From: Rhodosorus marinus CCMP1338
Taxonomy: Eukaryota; Plantae; Rhodophyta
Assembly: GCA_029953675.1 (NCBI GenBank)
Contig: JAMWBK010000005.1
Coordinates: 2,852,001 to 2,916,000 of the forward strand
DNA length: 64,000 bases
Direction: 5' to 3'
The notes under the pieces are model-generated. The model ran no database searches and was not told where the DNA came from. It was given only the letters and a program-made list of their open reading frames with translations. The position numbers and the translations under genes were made by a program. This document shows positions 22,802 through 34,484 of this stretch, one piece after another. The first letter of the stretch is position 1, and each line of letters begins with the position of its first letter.

Positions 22802-24643
22802 ATGGGTATCGTCTTGTCAACAATAGCGAGAGCACTTCACATGCTGCCACTGCGGCGGCTTAAGAATCGGCTACTGGGTAGAGAGCATTCCTCTGTCGAG
22901 AAGCGAATAGAAAATATTCTGATCGCTCGTGCCAAGGATCGTCCATCGTCTATTAAGTCGTTGAACTCCCTGCTCCTGAAGTTGTCAACTCTAGAGCAAG
23001 GGTAGGATGCGGGACCTCAATCACAGCGCATCGATGCTTGCGAAGGTTAGGACTCTTAAGCCAGACTCGTGTCCACGCTTTGTCGATCTTCAGGTTTGAC
23101 GAATGCCGACGAGGGTTTCACAATGTCGATATGAGCAATTCAAATACGATAAGCTACGAAGAACTCAAGGACGCCGCTCGAAAACAGGGTTTTGCGACAG
23201 CGGAAGAGGATCTGCATCTGATATTCGCGCACTCGGACATTGATGGACAGAGCGAGCTCACTTTTCGCGAGTTTCTGATAACGTTGATGTACCTAAACCT
23301 AGTTGAGGACAAGTTCAATCTGCCTACGGAGAGCATCAATCAAGCCTTTGATATTGCTGTCGACGCGTTCTTGTACTTTGATAAGGAAGGAACGGGCGTC
23401 TTAAACAAAGATGAGGTAATAGAAGCTGCGTTTGAGCAGAAGGAGGGTCTTCCTGATTCTATGAAGAAGCGCTTCGAAGAAATGGATGCAGATGGTAGCG
23501 GAATCGTTACATTGGGTGAATTCGTCTATACGTTGAGCGAGTGGGCGGGAGTCGAAGACGCCAAAATTGAAGACGAGGGAGATGAAGAGTACACCCTGGA
23601 TGAAAATCTCCATAAAGCGAGTTCCAACAGTCGAGCTTCACTGACAACTCGTTCAGGTAATGCTTTGTTATACTGATATACCCTTCCTGAGCATTCCAGT
23701 CGAGATCGAATTCCTGGCGTCCTAACTCGTAGGGTGATCGCTAAATGTTTGTGGTTTTGATTTTTGCTTAGCTTTGGAGAGTGACGAAATCGAAAGGAGC
23801 GTTCGATCAGCGATCCAAGAGAGGGCAAAGACCGAGATGGGATCGATCCGCTCTGCTGATGCTCTGTTGATGAAGCTCCCAGTGTTGACTACTGGGTGAG
23901 CAGCTTGGTGCAAGTTCTGTCTGACCTTGTTTTCGCGTGTGAGACTTCATTCTTCTCACAGAGAATTTGCCCAGGGCTAACTCAATTTCGGCTTTTGCTT
24001 TTGTCAACTGAAGGTTCAAGACTGCGAGTAGCATATTCGAAGAAGGCGGAGGCGGAAAGGAGCGAGGCCTGGAATACACAGAGTTGCGTGCCGAAACGGA
24101 AAGGCTTGGGTACAAGTGCAGCGAAAATCTCGTAGAGAAGGTTCTCATCTTCTCGGATGCTGATCATCGAGGAGTGCTGTCAGCGAAAGAGTTTGTACTG
24201 GCTCAGGTCTATTTGATGTTGCTGGAACCGAATCAGGATCTTGTTCCAAGCGAGGTTTCTGGAGCCTGCACGGCTGTTCTCGACGCCTTTAAATACTTTG
24301 ACACTTCCGGTGAGTATCAAAGCTTGAAACACCAAACACCCGGCTTATCACTCTGTCCCATCACGGAACTGCCGTCTGAAGGCCTAGTGGGGAGTACGCC
24401 GCGAGGGAAGACAAGGACCATGACAGCTAAAAGGGAGGCTCGTTCTCTGGTTTTCATTCCATCTGTGCAGGAGAAGGGGACTTGGACAGGGGCGAGCTTG
24501 TAAAAGGGTTTACGTCAGAGGACGGCGGTTCACCGAACTTGATCGTGAGAAGGTTTGAAGAGATGGATTTGGATCACAGCGGCGTCGTCAGCTTAGACGA
24601 GTTCTTTAAAGCTGTTTATGCCTGGAGCCGGGACGAGGCCTGA
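22802..24643 (+). CDS. EF-hand calcium-binding protein made of two tandem CML21/CML22-like modules, 5 exons
   Basis: Unit 1: SIKSLNSLLLKL...DMSNSNTISYEEL...DIDGQSELTFREF...DAFLYFDKEGTGVLNKDE...RFEEMDADGSGIVTLGEF. Unit 2: SIRSADALLMKL...DADHRGVLSAKEF...DAFKYFDTSGEGDLDRGE...RFEEMDLDHSGVVSLDEF. Both match plant CML21 architecture. Joined in frame across an intron at ~23657-23770. Confidence 0.88.
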
Positions 24644-25018
24644 ATTGGGATGGCTGGATCAAAAATCTTCTTTAACAGTGTTCCCCTGAACTTGGGTACA
24701 GATGCCGCAGGGCCTATGAAGACCGTCAAAGTCTTCGAGCTTGGTTGAGACTCGACCAGTTCTAGATCACCTTAATGTACATTATTGTAGGTTTCACAGC
24801 AGCCGTTGTTCTGACCTCGTGATGCACCACAGAGAACGTTAGCACAGCTCTACGTTTATGGGTTGTAGGACACAGCCTCGAACCCAAACTTCAGCAGGTG
24901 CGCGAAGTAAAATAAGCGATTTCGATTTGAACTCGACCCGATTGCGTGCAGGAAACAACGCTTTGCTCGAAGTCCGGGGAAACCCCCGAAAGACAAAACT
25001 TCTGCTCATTTTGCTCTG

Positions 25019-26299
25019 TTACCGACCAACCTTTCTCCTTTTCTTCCGGCTTCGCCCGGGCTTCTGATCGGCCTTGTTCGCGCCTTTGGAACTCCTATGA
25101 TCCGCTACAGCGTACTTAGCCAGACGTCTAGCCATCGTGACCTTGCTGACAAGGTCACTAGCGATCTCCCTCTCAATTTTGTCGGCGTTTTCCCTCAGCT
25201 CAAGCTTCAAGTTCAGCTTCTCCTCAATGTTCTGCGCGAGGTAAACGTCGTATTGGGATATCAGACTGATTGCGACGCCAGGGCGTCCAATTCGAGCGGT
25301 TCGACCAACCCGATGAACGTAAGTTGAAACCCTGTCCGGAACGTCGTAGTTCACAACGAGCTCGACGTACGGCACATCCAGTCCTCTGGATGCAAGATCC
25401 GTTGCTATCAAGAGCTTCTTCGTGGAGCTCTTGAACTGTTCGAGCGCCTTCTCTCGTTCCGACTGCTTCATACCCGAGTGTAGAGACACGCCATTCACGC
25501 CAAGCTCGCGGAGAAGAAAGAGCAGGTTTTCGCAGGTGGACTTTCTCGACACGAAAACGACGCTGCTCTTCTCTTGGAACTGTTTCGTCAGAATATGCGC
25601 GAGGTAGGCATCTTTGAAGTCCTCGGGAACGAGGTAATACTCCTGAACCAGCTGCTCCACCGTCTTGTACTTCGTGGACTTCGCGTCGAATCTGAATACC
25701 CCTTCGGAGAAGTTTTCTGCCAGGGCCTTTACTTTCTTCGACACTGTAGCTGAGAATAGCAGGGTTTGTCTGTTTTCCTCGTTGGCACCATCAAGAATCG
25801 CCGCCAAGTCCTCGCTGAACGCACCCTCTAGTAGTCGATCAGCCTCATCAAGAACGACAAACTTCACTCTTGACAGATCGACGTCTTCACGCCTTGTACA
25901 GTCAGCAAGCCTTCCCGGCGTTGCAACAATAATATGCGGTATTCGCGAGAGGGACATACCCTGGTCTACCATGTCCACTCCTCCAACAACTGCTACCACC
26001 TTTACATTCTTCCCAGCCCCCAGAGCGTGGACTGTTTCATAGACCTGAAGAGCCAGCTCGCGCGTGGGTTCCAGAATAACCGCAAAAACGCCGAAGGGAT
26101 CCTCAGCAAGCTTCTGAAGGATCGGAATCACAAACGCCGCAGTCTTCCCGCTCCCAGTCTCTGCCGATGCCAGCACGCTCCGGCCCTCCAGGGCAGCGGG
26201 AATAGCCGCTTCCTGAACTTCCGTGGGCTGCCTCATACCCAAAGACTCGCAGGACCTCAGTAACCATTTTTTAACTCCGAGAGCCTCAAATCCATCCAT
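25019..26299 (-). CDS. DBP8: DEAD-box RNA helicase DBP8/DDX49 (18S rRNA biogenesis), single exon
   Basis: Q motif, AETGSGKT, PTRELALQ, TPGRL, DEAD, SAT and HRVGRTAR. The KLAEDPFGVFAVIL context is typical of DBP8/DDX49. Confidence 0.93.
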   Translation of the reverse strand: MDGFEALGVKKWLLRSCESLGMRQPTEVQEAAIPAALEGRSVLASAETGSGKTAAFVIPILQKLAEDPFGVFAVILEPTRELALQVYETVHALGAGKNVKVVAVVGGVDMVDQGMSLSRIPHIIVATPGRLADCTRREDVDLSRVKFVVLDEADRLLEGAFSEDLAAILDGANEENRQTLLFSATVSKKVKALAENFSEGVFRFDAKSTKYKTVEQLVQEYYLVPEDFKDAYLAHILTKQFQEKSSVVFVSRKSTCENLLFLLRELGVNGVSLHSGMKQSEREKALEQFKSSTKKLLIATDLASRGLDVPYVELVVNYDVPDRVSTYVHRVGRTARIGRPGVAISLISQYDVYLAQNIEEKLNLKLELRENADKIEREIASDLVSKVTMARRLAKYAVADHRSSKGANKADQKPGRSRKKRRKVGR

Positions 26300-27155
26300 T
26301 TTCTATCCCCAAAACCACACCCACCGACAGACTTCATCCACTCCCCACCTCCTGCGCCTTAAGCCATTCCATTCACCTCCATCGAATTTATATTCCAGAA
26401 ACCTAATGAATAATGAAAATTAAAAGTTTATTCAATCAACATTAATGGCATAAACGAATCATCGTGGATTAAGTCTTCGTCGGGGGAAATTATTGGCTTA
26501 TGATATCCAATCAACGTTGAACAGTGTCAGCGTTTGGATTGAATTCTCAACGGCCGGGAACGGGTATCGAATGACATTTTCCGTTGGTGCTCAACTTCGC
26601 AGCTTTCGCAAAGGCGCGGAGCGAGGAAGGCCATTTATGAGCGGCTTAACATGGTTAGTCCTGTGTCGAATACTTCTCGCACTTCCGCCGTGACGGTCTC
26701 CCGTGCCACATGTAACACTGCGCCCCACGAAAACTAGCGGTGGTAAGCCCGCCGAAGTAGGCCATTCGAAACATGGCCGTTGACTGCCACCTTGAGTGTC
26801 TCGGTACTTCCCGTAGTGCTCCTTCCACATAGCCTTTCCGAACACCGCCACCATCGTGGCGTTTCATGAGGCTCTGGCAATACTGTAGACGCGTAGAAGT
26901 CCTCGGCAGGCGGTTATATAGTATGTGGAATTTGGACTCTGCTGATAGACTTGGTGTCAGGCTGGATGTTTCAGCGAAGCTGAGTGGTGGTGAAATTCCT
27001 ACCACAAAAGGGCGTTTGAATCACTAAGGCTCCTCGGATGGACTGACTCGGTCGGCGGACGCGAAGGCGCGGAGACTGGTGCTTATTGCTCGTTTCGAAG
27101 GTGGCGGCTCTTGGGTGTATCGGTTTTGTGCATACGGTTTTCTTTACATGAAGCT

Positions 27156-28610
27156 TTACTTCTGAAATGCCATGCCGGCCTCGCTGGACCATGCCTTTCC
27201 TACATGCTTGGGAGCAAATTTGTACCCGTTTGGAACCGGTCCAAGCAAGTACTCGGAGACTCTAATCCAATCTCTAGGATCTCTGGATGACAGCGTCATC
27301 TCAAGCGGATCCCTCCCGACAGCAGCGGGGATTCTCAAGTTCAATCTCGGTCTCAACTCATCCAGGCGCTCACCATACTCTTCAAAAATTCCCACCGGAG
27401 GATATCTACAGGTGAAGCATAGCCATTCAAGGAGATACTTCCTCGAGGCCTCGCGCCCTCGATCATCAGCGCCGTAGTGGTCGAGGCAATACCCGGAGAA
27501 CTCTTTGTACATTTCCAAGCGCTGGCCGGCCGTCATATCTATATACCTTGCCTCCTTGATTTCAGCAAATATCCATGGTTTTATAATCGCTCCACGAGCT
27601 ACCATGATCGCATCAGAAACAGTGAAAGCTTCCTGAGCGTCCTCAAACGAAAAAATATCACCGTTTCCGACCAAGGGAAGGCCACTATCGTTAGCTATCT
27701 TCCTGCACTTATCAATGTAGTTCCAATCGGCCGTACGCTTGTAGCGTTGCTCCTTTGACCTTCCGTGAAGGGTTACCCAGCTGGCACCCCATTCCTTCAT
27801 CTTTGGAATGAGTTGATGAGCGTTCCAGCCCGCGGGATCATTGGAAATTCCAGTCCTCATCTTCACGGAGAATGGAACGTCTACCAACGCTGATCCTTTC
27901 CGAACCACACCTCGAAGTTTGTCCTTTCTCCTCAACAGATCACAACCTGCACCTTTTTTACAGACCATATCGATCGGGCATCCAGCGTTAAGATCAATGA
28001 AATCGACGTCACATTTCTTATTCACGATCTCCGACGCCTTTCCAACAATATCGGACAGATTTCCCGCTAGCTGTACGCCAAATATATCCTCACTTTTATG
28101 CCTTCTAAGCAACGCCCATTCGTCCTTCTCACCCTTGAGAACGTGCTCAGCAATGGCCATTTCTCCCACAGTAATGTCCGCCCCATACTTCTTACAAAGT
28201 CTCCTGAATGGCAAGTTCCCAACCGTCGTGAGCGGCGCGAGGATCACTTTTCCGCGGACGTCGATCTGCTTCTTGTACTCGAGATCCAAGGCGCCTTCTA
28301 ACTTCAGCGTTTCAAACCTTTCCAAGGCAACAGTCTTTTTTCTCAGATCTTTCTGCAAACTATACTCCAGAAAGTTCTTCTCAGACTCGTGCAGCGCCTT
28401 CCGCCAACCCTCACGATCAGCTCCATCCACCTCGCTACCAAACCCAACCACTCCAGATTCCTTCAACGATCCAACTACTTCTGCTTCCGTCAAAACTCGA
28501 TCACGAACAAACTGGTCTCTTATCGGGCAATCGCCCTTCTCAACCTTTCGGAGACCAAGCTCTCTTCCGTTCAATCCATTCTCGATTTTCTCCTTCCCAC
28601 ACGCCTCCAT
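27156..28610 (-). CDS. DUS3: tRNA-dihydrouridine(47) synthase DUS3-like
   Basis: LAPLTTVGNLPFRRLCK, GEMA, DLNAGCPID, TLHGRSKEQRYKRTADW, GNGDIFS, MVARGAIIKPWIF, LLEWLCFTCRYPPVG and GRDPLEMTLSS.D..DW are DUS3-specific motifs. Confidence 0.95.
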   Translation of the reverse strand: MEACGKEKIENGLNGRELGLRKVEKGDCPIRDQFVRDRVLTEAEVVGSLKESGVVGFGSEVDGADREGWRKALHESEKNFLEYSLQKDLRKKTVALERFETLKLEGALDLEYKKQIDVRGKVILAPLTTVGNLPFRRLCKKYGADITVGEMAIAEHVLKGEKDEWALLRRHKSEDIFGVQLAGNLSDIVGKASEIVNKKCDVDFIDLNAGCPIDMVCKKGAGCDLLRRKDKLRGVVRKGSALVDVPFSVKMRTGISNDPAGWNAHQLIPKMKEWGASWVTLHGRSKEQRYKRTADWNYIDKCRKIANDSGLPLVGNGDIFSFEDAQEAFTVSDAIMVARGAIIKPWIFAEIKEARYIDMTAGQRLEMYKEFSGYCLDHYGADDRGREASRKYLLEWLCFTCRYPPVGIFEEYGERLDELRPRLNLRIPAAVGRDPLEMTLSSRDPRDWIRVSEYLLGPVPNGYKFAPKHVGKAWSSEAGMAFQK

Positions 28611-28739
28611 CCTTAATCTCTCATCTTACGACCAAAACTCAAGTCTTCCTATGCATGATACAGATCTCCCAGCCTCCCGTCTCTCTCAACTGCAAGAGCC
28701 GGAAGCGTTGACATCAACTCCATCGCCACGACAAGGCTG

Positions 28740-30340
28740 AACGAGAACCAACCCTTCCGCTATAGCCTAACCTTCCATCCTCGATCTTCGGGAATGGTTG
28801 CCGCGAATCCTCGACCACCGCAGGAATGGAGAATTGATCATCGATGTGGAGAGGAGAGCTGGGTTCAAAGTCCCTGTGCTCAAGCCGACGATCTTCATCA
28901 CTGCAGGGGCCAGGATAGACCTCAGGGTCCTTGAGCTGTTAAGGGATCACTTCGATAATCGATGCACCTGCTTTGCGGTGGCGAGACCTCGACCATCGTA
29001 CGAGCAGAGGATTCATCATCGACCTGGGTGTGAGCTCAGAGCCCCAACAAGGATAGGATACTTGAACTCCGTTGCCGAGACAACGCGAAGAGTATTAACT
29101 TCAGTCAAAGAGAATTCTACTCGTGAACCAAAGCTTGCGCTGACGTGGTTGCCGCGATTCTTCCATATAGACAAACTTCAGCTGGGGATCTGAGCTGCTG
29201 CTGAGGAGAGTCGACGAGCATCGTAGGAACAGGGCGGTCACCTTTGAGGTGGAAGAGAGTTCTGGTAGCTGGGGTCAATCCCCTGCGCAGCGCTGGAGCG
29301 ACTGTCTTCAGCAGTGAACTGGATAAGCTGGCGGCGCCGATTCTCCAGCGGTGGACGCCAGCCTTGTTGGAGGAGAATTGATTCTGCCCTGAATTGATGA
29401 GTCTGCTGACCAGATGACTGATCCAGAGGCTCTCGAGATGATCATTCTGGAAGATAGAAACTCTTCTCCAAAGACGATATACAAAAGTGCGAGGAGAGTC
29501 CTTGAGATCGAAGCACGAAATGCATCGGTAAAACACGAACTCCACATTGTAGTACGCTCCGTTTCCCTGTCGATGTGAACTACTTCTATCTCTAGGAGTC
29601 CTCGATCGAACTCAGGTAGCTTCGCCTCTTCGAGTCTCTCTACTTCCTGCGTCTGTGGCAGAAGATCGTTGGCTGTAGATGTGAAGCTCACTACCTGAGG
29701 CGAATGATCTCTTGTCCGATCTCGCGGGCTTGATCACACGCCCATTCTCGAGCCCGGAACCTCCAGGGGGTGTTCTGTGATTTCACTCTGAAGAGCTCTG
29801 TCTTGATATACGAGTACGATCAACCCACTGACTAACGAACAGTCTTCGCAGAGTACTGAAGGACCTTAGCAGCGAGCGCTGCACAAGGGCGTTGTCCATT
29901 GGGGAAGGCTCGAGGTTGAGCAAGTGTCAAGAAGTCAAATGAAAAAACACGGAGAACGCATGCTCGCTAGGTTTCAACTTCCGGAGACAAAGACCTGAAG
30001 TCAGTTAAGACCAGCTTGCTTTTGGCTATATGTCGGCTGAGAACGTAAGGCGGCAGAGTGTCGGACAGATCTTGATCTGTAGACGGTACTGCTCGTTCTT
30101 CCCATCCACAATATGTGACTGCAAGTCGAGCGAGTTTCAGGTCAGCGCTTCGAACTTCAGAACTCCCTTCTTGTACTGGGTCTGACCAAAATCCTTCATA
30201 ATCTTTGGTGAGTGTCGCACCATGCGGGTTCCTCCTGTTTGCCTTCAAAACTCGTCCGCGTCGATCCATCTCAACTGAACGACTCCATTCCAAAGACCCG
30301 TAACAAGGCCCCAGTCGGCCGAACTCGCAACCCCAACTCA
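28740..30340 (-). pseudogene. Unassigned degenerate coding-like block; possible SWIM-finger/MULE transposase relic
   Basis: Coding-like GC content but no long ORF. The fragment GAYYNVEFVFYRCISCFDLK loosely resembles a SWIM zinc finger (Y.V......C.C.D). Confidence 0.25.
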
Positions 30341-31279
30341 CTTAACAGTGAAATCCGAAAGATTCAGATTCGACCATTAACGTACAGCCTCCCGTTCAGC
30401 AGCGGCACAGACGCTATCGCTCTGAACAACATCAATTTTGTTTCCAAAAGTCTAGCCATTTGAAATCCACAGATGTAACGCTTAGACCTGGAATTTTTTC
30501 ACAAATAAGCTTCATTTTTAAAATTTTAAAACATCCCAGCCAATCGTTTTGCTACTAGACAATGCAAGTTTGTGCTTATTGAATTGTTATTATTTCTTTA
30601 AAGGATTTCTTTACCAATCAGGGTTTTGTGAAGTCGTTTCAAGTTGTCATGGGTCTTTGGCGATCCATCAGAGCGTTGGTAATTTTTTGACGAAGGATTC
30701 ACTTGCTTAGTAAACGGGAATGACCGTTGCCGATTTTCTTGATTTTCCCTGCAGAAGGCTGGGAATCGCAGGCTTTGCTTAGGTTCGGTGTTCGGTTGTT
30801 GGTGTTGGAGAGCGCTCCGGGTTCGAGGGGCACTTGTCCTACGTTTTCTTTCTTACAGGGAACTATTACGGGAAGACAGTCCTGATCTGAAACGGTTCAC
30901 AATTCCTGGAGCAAGGAGCGGAGCTCAGACGTTTACAGCTCTTTCGGTACCGGATGTGCCGTGACCTGGTACCGCGTCGGTAGTGAACCGAGTGTCTGAG
31001 TGGGAACGGTACAGGGAGTGCTCCTTTGGGGTGAGTTGGCTTGCTTTACCTTTATTCGAGTGTTTTTCTACATGCATGCATACCGTCACTGCATGCCCTA
31101 TTTATAGGAAAGCCTCCATTCGACCGAAAGTTGTGGTGGTAAAGAGCAAGGCTCGTCGAGGTCTTGCAAGTCACTCAAACTCATCTTTACATCGTCGAAT
31201 ACGTTCGCAGAAGGAGGAATCAGTTGTGTGGCAGGCAATCCAAGATTTTGTGCGGGAGAAGAAAGAATCAGAGAAAGAG

Positions 31280-34200
31280 ATGGATAGCGGTACCGATCTT
31301 GAGGTGTCACGACTGTCCGTGAGCAGTACCAAGTACAAGGACAGTACTCTCCGCAGGCAGGACAAGGAGATTGAGCGCCTCACCAAGGTCAACTTCGATC
31401 TTCAACTACGACTGTTTCACCTTGAGGAACAGCTCGCTCAGCTGGACGAGAGCGTCGATTTTGGTAATGCTGAGAGCCGATTTATTAATATTATGGAGGA
31501 CAAGCAGAAAGAGCTCGAACACAAGGACGATCTCTTGGTGAAGGCCCGGCAGGTTATCTATGCTCTCCAGAATAGTATCGAAACACTGCGCGCAGGAGGG
31601 GAAATTGAGAACCCAGATATTGGTGATCACGGACAGAACGACTCTTCTATCGTGATCGATCGCCTACTGACGATCGGTGAAGAGCTCGGTGAAGCAAGGC
31701 AGCTTCTAGGTGAAGCGGAGAGCAGAGTCGAAGTTATGCAGCAGGATGCTGAGGATGCTGCGGTCAACACTGCTGAAATTTTGAATCTGAAGGATCAGCT
31801 AAGAATGATGGAAGCCAAGTATCACGAGGCCGTTGATTCGAATGAGGACCTCAGGAATGAACTGGACGCCGAAATGGCTGCTAACGAGGCATTGAAAGCG
31901 TCATCAGAACGTCTCCAGGAAGCTGAGAACCTTACTTCCACTCTCCAGAAGAAGATAGCCGAGCTTGAAAACGCATTAGCCCAACAACAGCTGGCAGAGG
32001 AGGAGTTGAGAGGTGAGATCGGGACTCTGCAAGAGATCAACGCTGAACGAGAGAAAGAGCACCAAGAAAGCCTCCAGACAGCTCAGCAGAAAGCCACTTT
32101 ACGAGTATCAGAACTTGAAGAGGTGCTCTCTGCTTGCACGACGGCATCCAGTGAGTGGGGAGAGAAACTTGAAAAGGCGGTTCTAGATGAGAGGAAGAAG
32201 GCACAGGAGCTCAGAGAGGAACTTACGCAGTTGCACTTGGACCTTGACGAGAAAAATATTAATTCCGAAGCTGCCGAGGAGAAGATCGAAGCATTAGAGC
32301 TGGAAGTCGCTAGGTGTCGTGCTGAAAAGGAGAACCTGGAGAATAAGTTGAACGAAGGGCAGATTGACTGGGCGAGCAATGTGGAAGGGATGACCAAAGA
32401 AACGGAGTTCATGAAGGAGAAGATCGAGACCCTGGAGCAGGAGCTCGGTCAGCACAGATCAGAGAGAGAAAATCTGGACTCCAACGCTGGAAATCTTCAG
32501 TCGCAGCTCGAGGAACAGACCAAAAATAGTCTTGCGCAGAAAGACAAGCTTGAGCGTGAAATTGAGGCCAACACTGAAGCTTTTGAGGCTCAGATTCATG
32601 CGCTTGAAAAACAAGTGGAAGCTCTGGGCCATGAAAAGCAAGTATTGGAACAAGAGAGGCACGATCATGTAGCGACGCTTGAGTCGAGGGCCGAGAGCCT
32701 GGAGAATGCTCTCCAGCAGCTGCACGAAAACGGAGTTTTGAAAGAGGCTCTCAGCGAGGAACTGGAAGCCGCCAAGCTGAAGATCGAATCGTCCAGAACT
32801 GAATGCGAGCACCTCGACAATGAAGTCACGGACCTCAGGAAGGAGCTTGAAGCGATGATGGGTAAGACTGAAGCCGAGTCCGACGAGGTGAAGAGACGGA
32901 GGACTGAGTTTGAGAAGCTTCGATCTGACCTGGAAGTAGTGAAGAAGGAACGAGAGACTAAGGAGGCTCTTCGGAGTCAACTTGAAGAGGAGTGTAACAT
33001 CCTGAGGCTGAAGAACCAGTCTCTGGAAGAAGCGAATGAATCCTTGAAGAGGAAACGTGATTCTGAGACCGAGAAGCTGAGCTCAGATCTCCAGGCTCTG
33101 ACCGAGAAGGAATCTGTGATTGAAGCTCAAAGGATCCAACTTGAAGAGGAGTGTGAGTCCTTGCGGGAGAAGAACGAGGCTTTGCAAGAGGAAAGCGAAA
33201 CTGCATCGATGCAGCAGAAGAATGTGATCGAGGAGCACGAAAAGGCGATTGAGGCCCTCGAAAGCAACTATGAAGTTCTCAAGCTACAACACGATGAGCT
33301 CAAGTCAGAGCATGCGGAAGTCTCGGATCTCTTGGCGAAGGTATCTAAGAACGAGGATGAAGCTCAGGAGGCAGGAGAGGAGATGGGAGTTGAGATACAA
33401 AATCTCTGGGATATGATTGACACAGCTACTGATGACGCAAAACACTGGAAAGAGGCATCCGACGAACATGAGACTCAGAGCAAGAAATGGAGAGAACTGG
33501 CTCAAGGGTTTGAGAAGGAACTGCTGTCTGTCCGAACGGAACGTGAAGAGATTGCAACCAGTCACGGAGCGCAGCTTGAAGCCGCTGAGAAGCAGATGAA
33601 AATGCTGAGGAGGGATAGGGACCAGACAGCTTTAGAGTCGACTCAGCAAGTGAGCGACTTCCAGGACCAGCTGCGAGCTCTAAAGGTCGGCAAGGACAGG
33701 TCGGATTCTCTGCTGGCAGAGCTGAGCGAGAAGATTCAAGATCTCGAAAACCGTCTTCGAAAATCTGTAGCTGATTTATCTCGTGAGGAAAGCCTTAGAG
33801 TCGAGATGGAGAACGTGCAGGCTGAGATGCAATCCGCAGCAACTCAACTGGAATCTAGAGTTGGTGAGTTGGTGGAGGAGTTGGAAATCGCCAAGAGAGA
33901 CCTCGTGATGCAGCAGTCCGAGAGGTCTGCAGAACAAGCAAAGAGAAAGCAAGCAGAGACACAACTGGATGAGAATCGTGCAGAGAACTGTCGACTTGCC
34001 ACCCAGGTCGCCTCGCTGCAGGTCTCGCTTGATGAGGAGATCTTCAAGTATAAGGTGAGCTCGGTTTGCTGACCTACTATATGAGAAGCTCGTTACGTAG
34101 CTGGATATCAAAACCGTATGCCTTTTTCTTATCTGAATCTCCAATATTGATGCTTTTTCTTGCGCTCAGGAACAGGAAGTTGAAATTGCCGACCTCGAGC

Positions 34201-34484
34201 ATGAGGTTCGAACACTGCGTGCTGCGGAGGAGCGGGAGAAGCTTCTCGCCGACGAAGTAGAGAAACTGCGAAGCTTCTCAAGTGTCGCTGAGAAAATCAA
34301 TCCAAACGTCCTACACGAGCTAAAGAACCTTCCATCTACCCAGCAGAGCCAGATACAACTTCCGACCGGTCCTTGGAAACCCATTGTCTTCAGACAACTG
34401 GAGAAATCAAGGGCGCTCTCGGCACAGCTCAGCCAGTCCGTTGAACTACATCGCAAGACCTTGCTCGACGATCTCGTTGCTTAG
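31280..34484 (+). CDS. Long coiled-coil protein with an N-terminal centrosomin motif 1 (CM1/Cnn_1N); candidate gamma-tubulin complex receptor
   Basis: TLRRQDKEIERLTKVNFDLQLRLFHLEEQL matches the CM1 consensus TL+EQE..I..L.KENF.LKLRI.FLEE. It is followed by ~900 aa of heptad-rich E/K/L sequence. Intron at ~34054-34169; the last exon ends DDLVA*. An upstream N-terminal exon is possible. Confidence 0.85.

Noticed and set aside
27841-28740. 299-aa plus-strand ORF
   Set aside because: It is the in-register antisense of DUS3, is Ser/Phe-rich and has no domain. The same applies to 25665-26042, 32459-32980 and 46018-46464.
30983-31279. ORF-track N-terminus (GTG at 30983) of the CM1 protein
   Set aside because: It runs through an intron-like segment (GT ~31009 to TAG ~31107). 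The first in-frame ATG is at 31280, so the extension is unproven.
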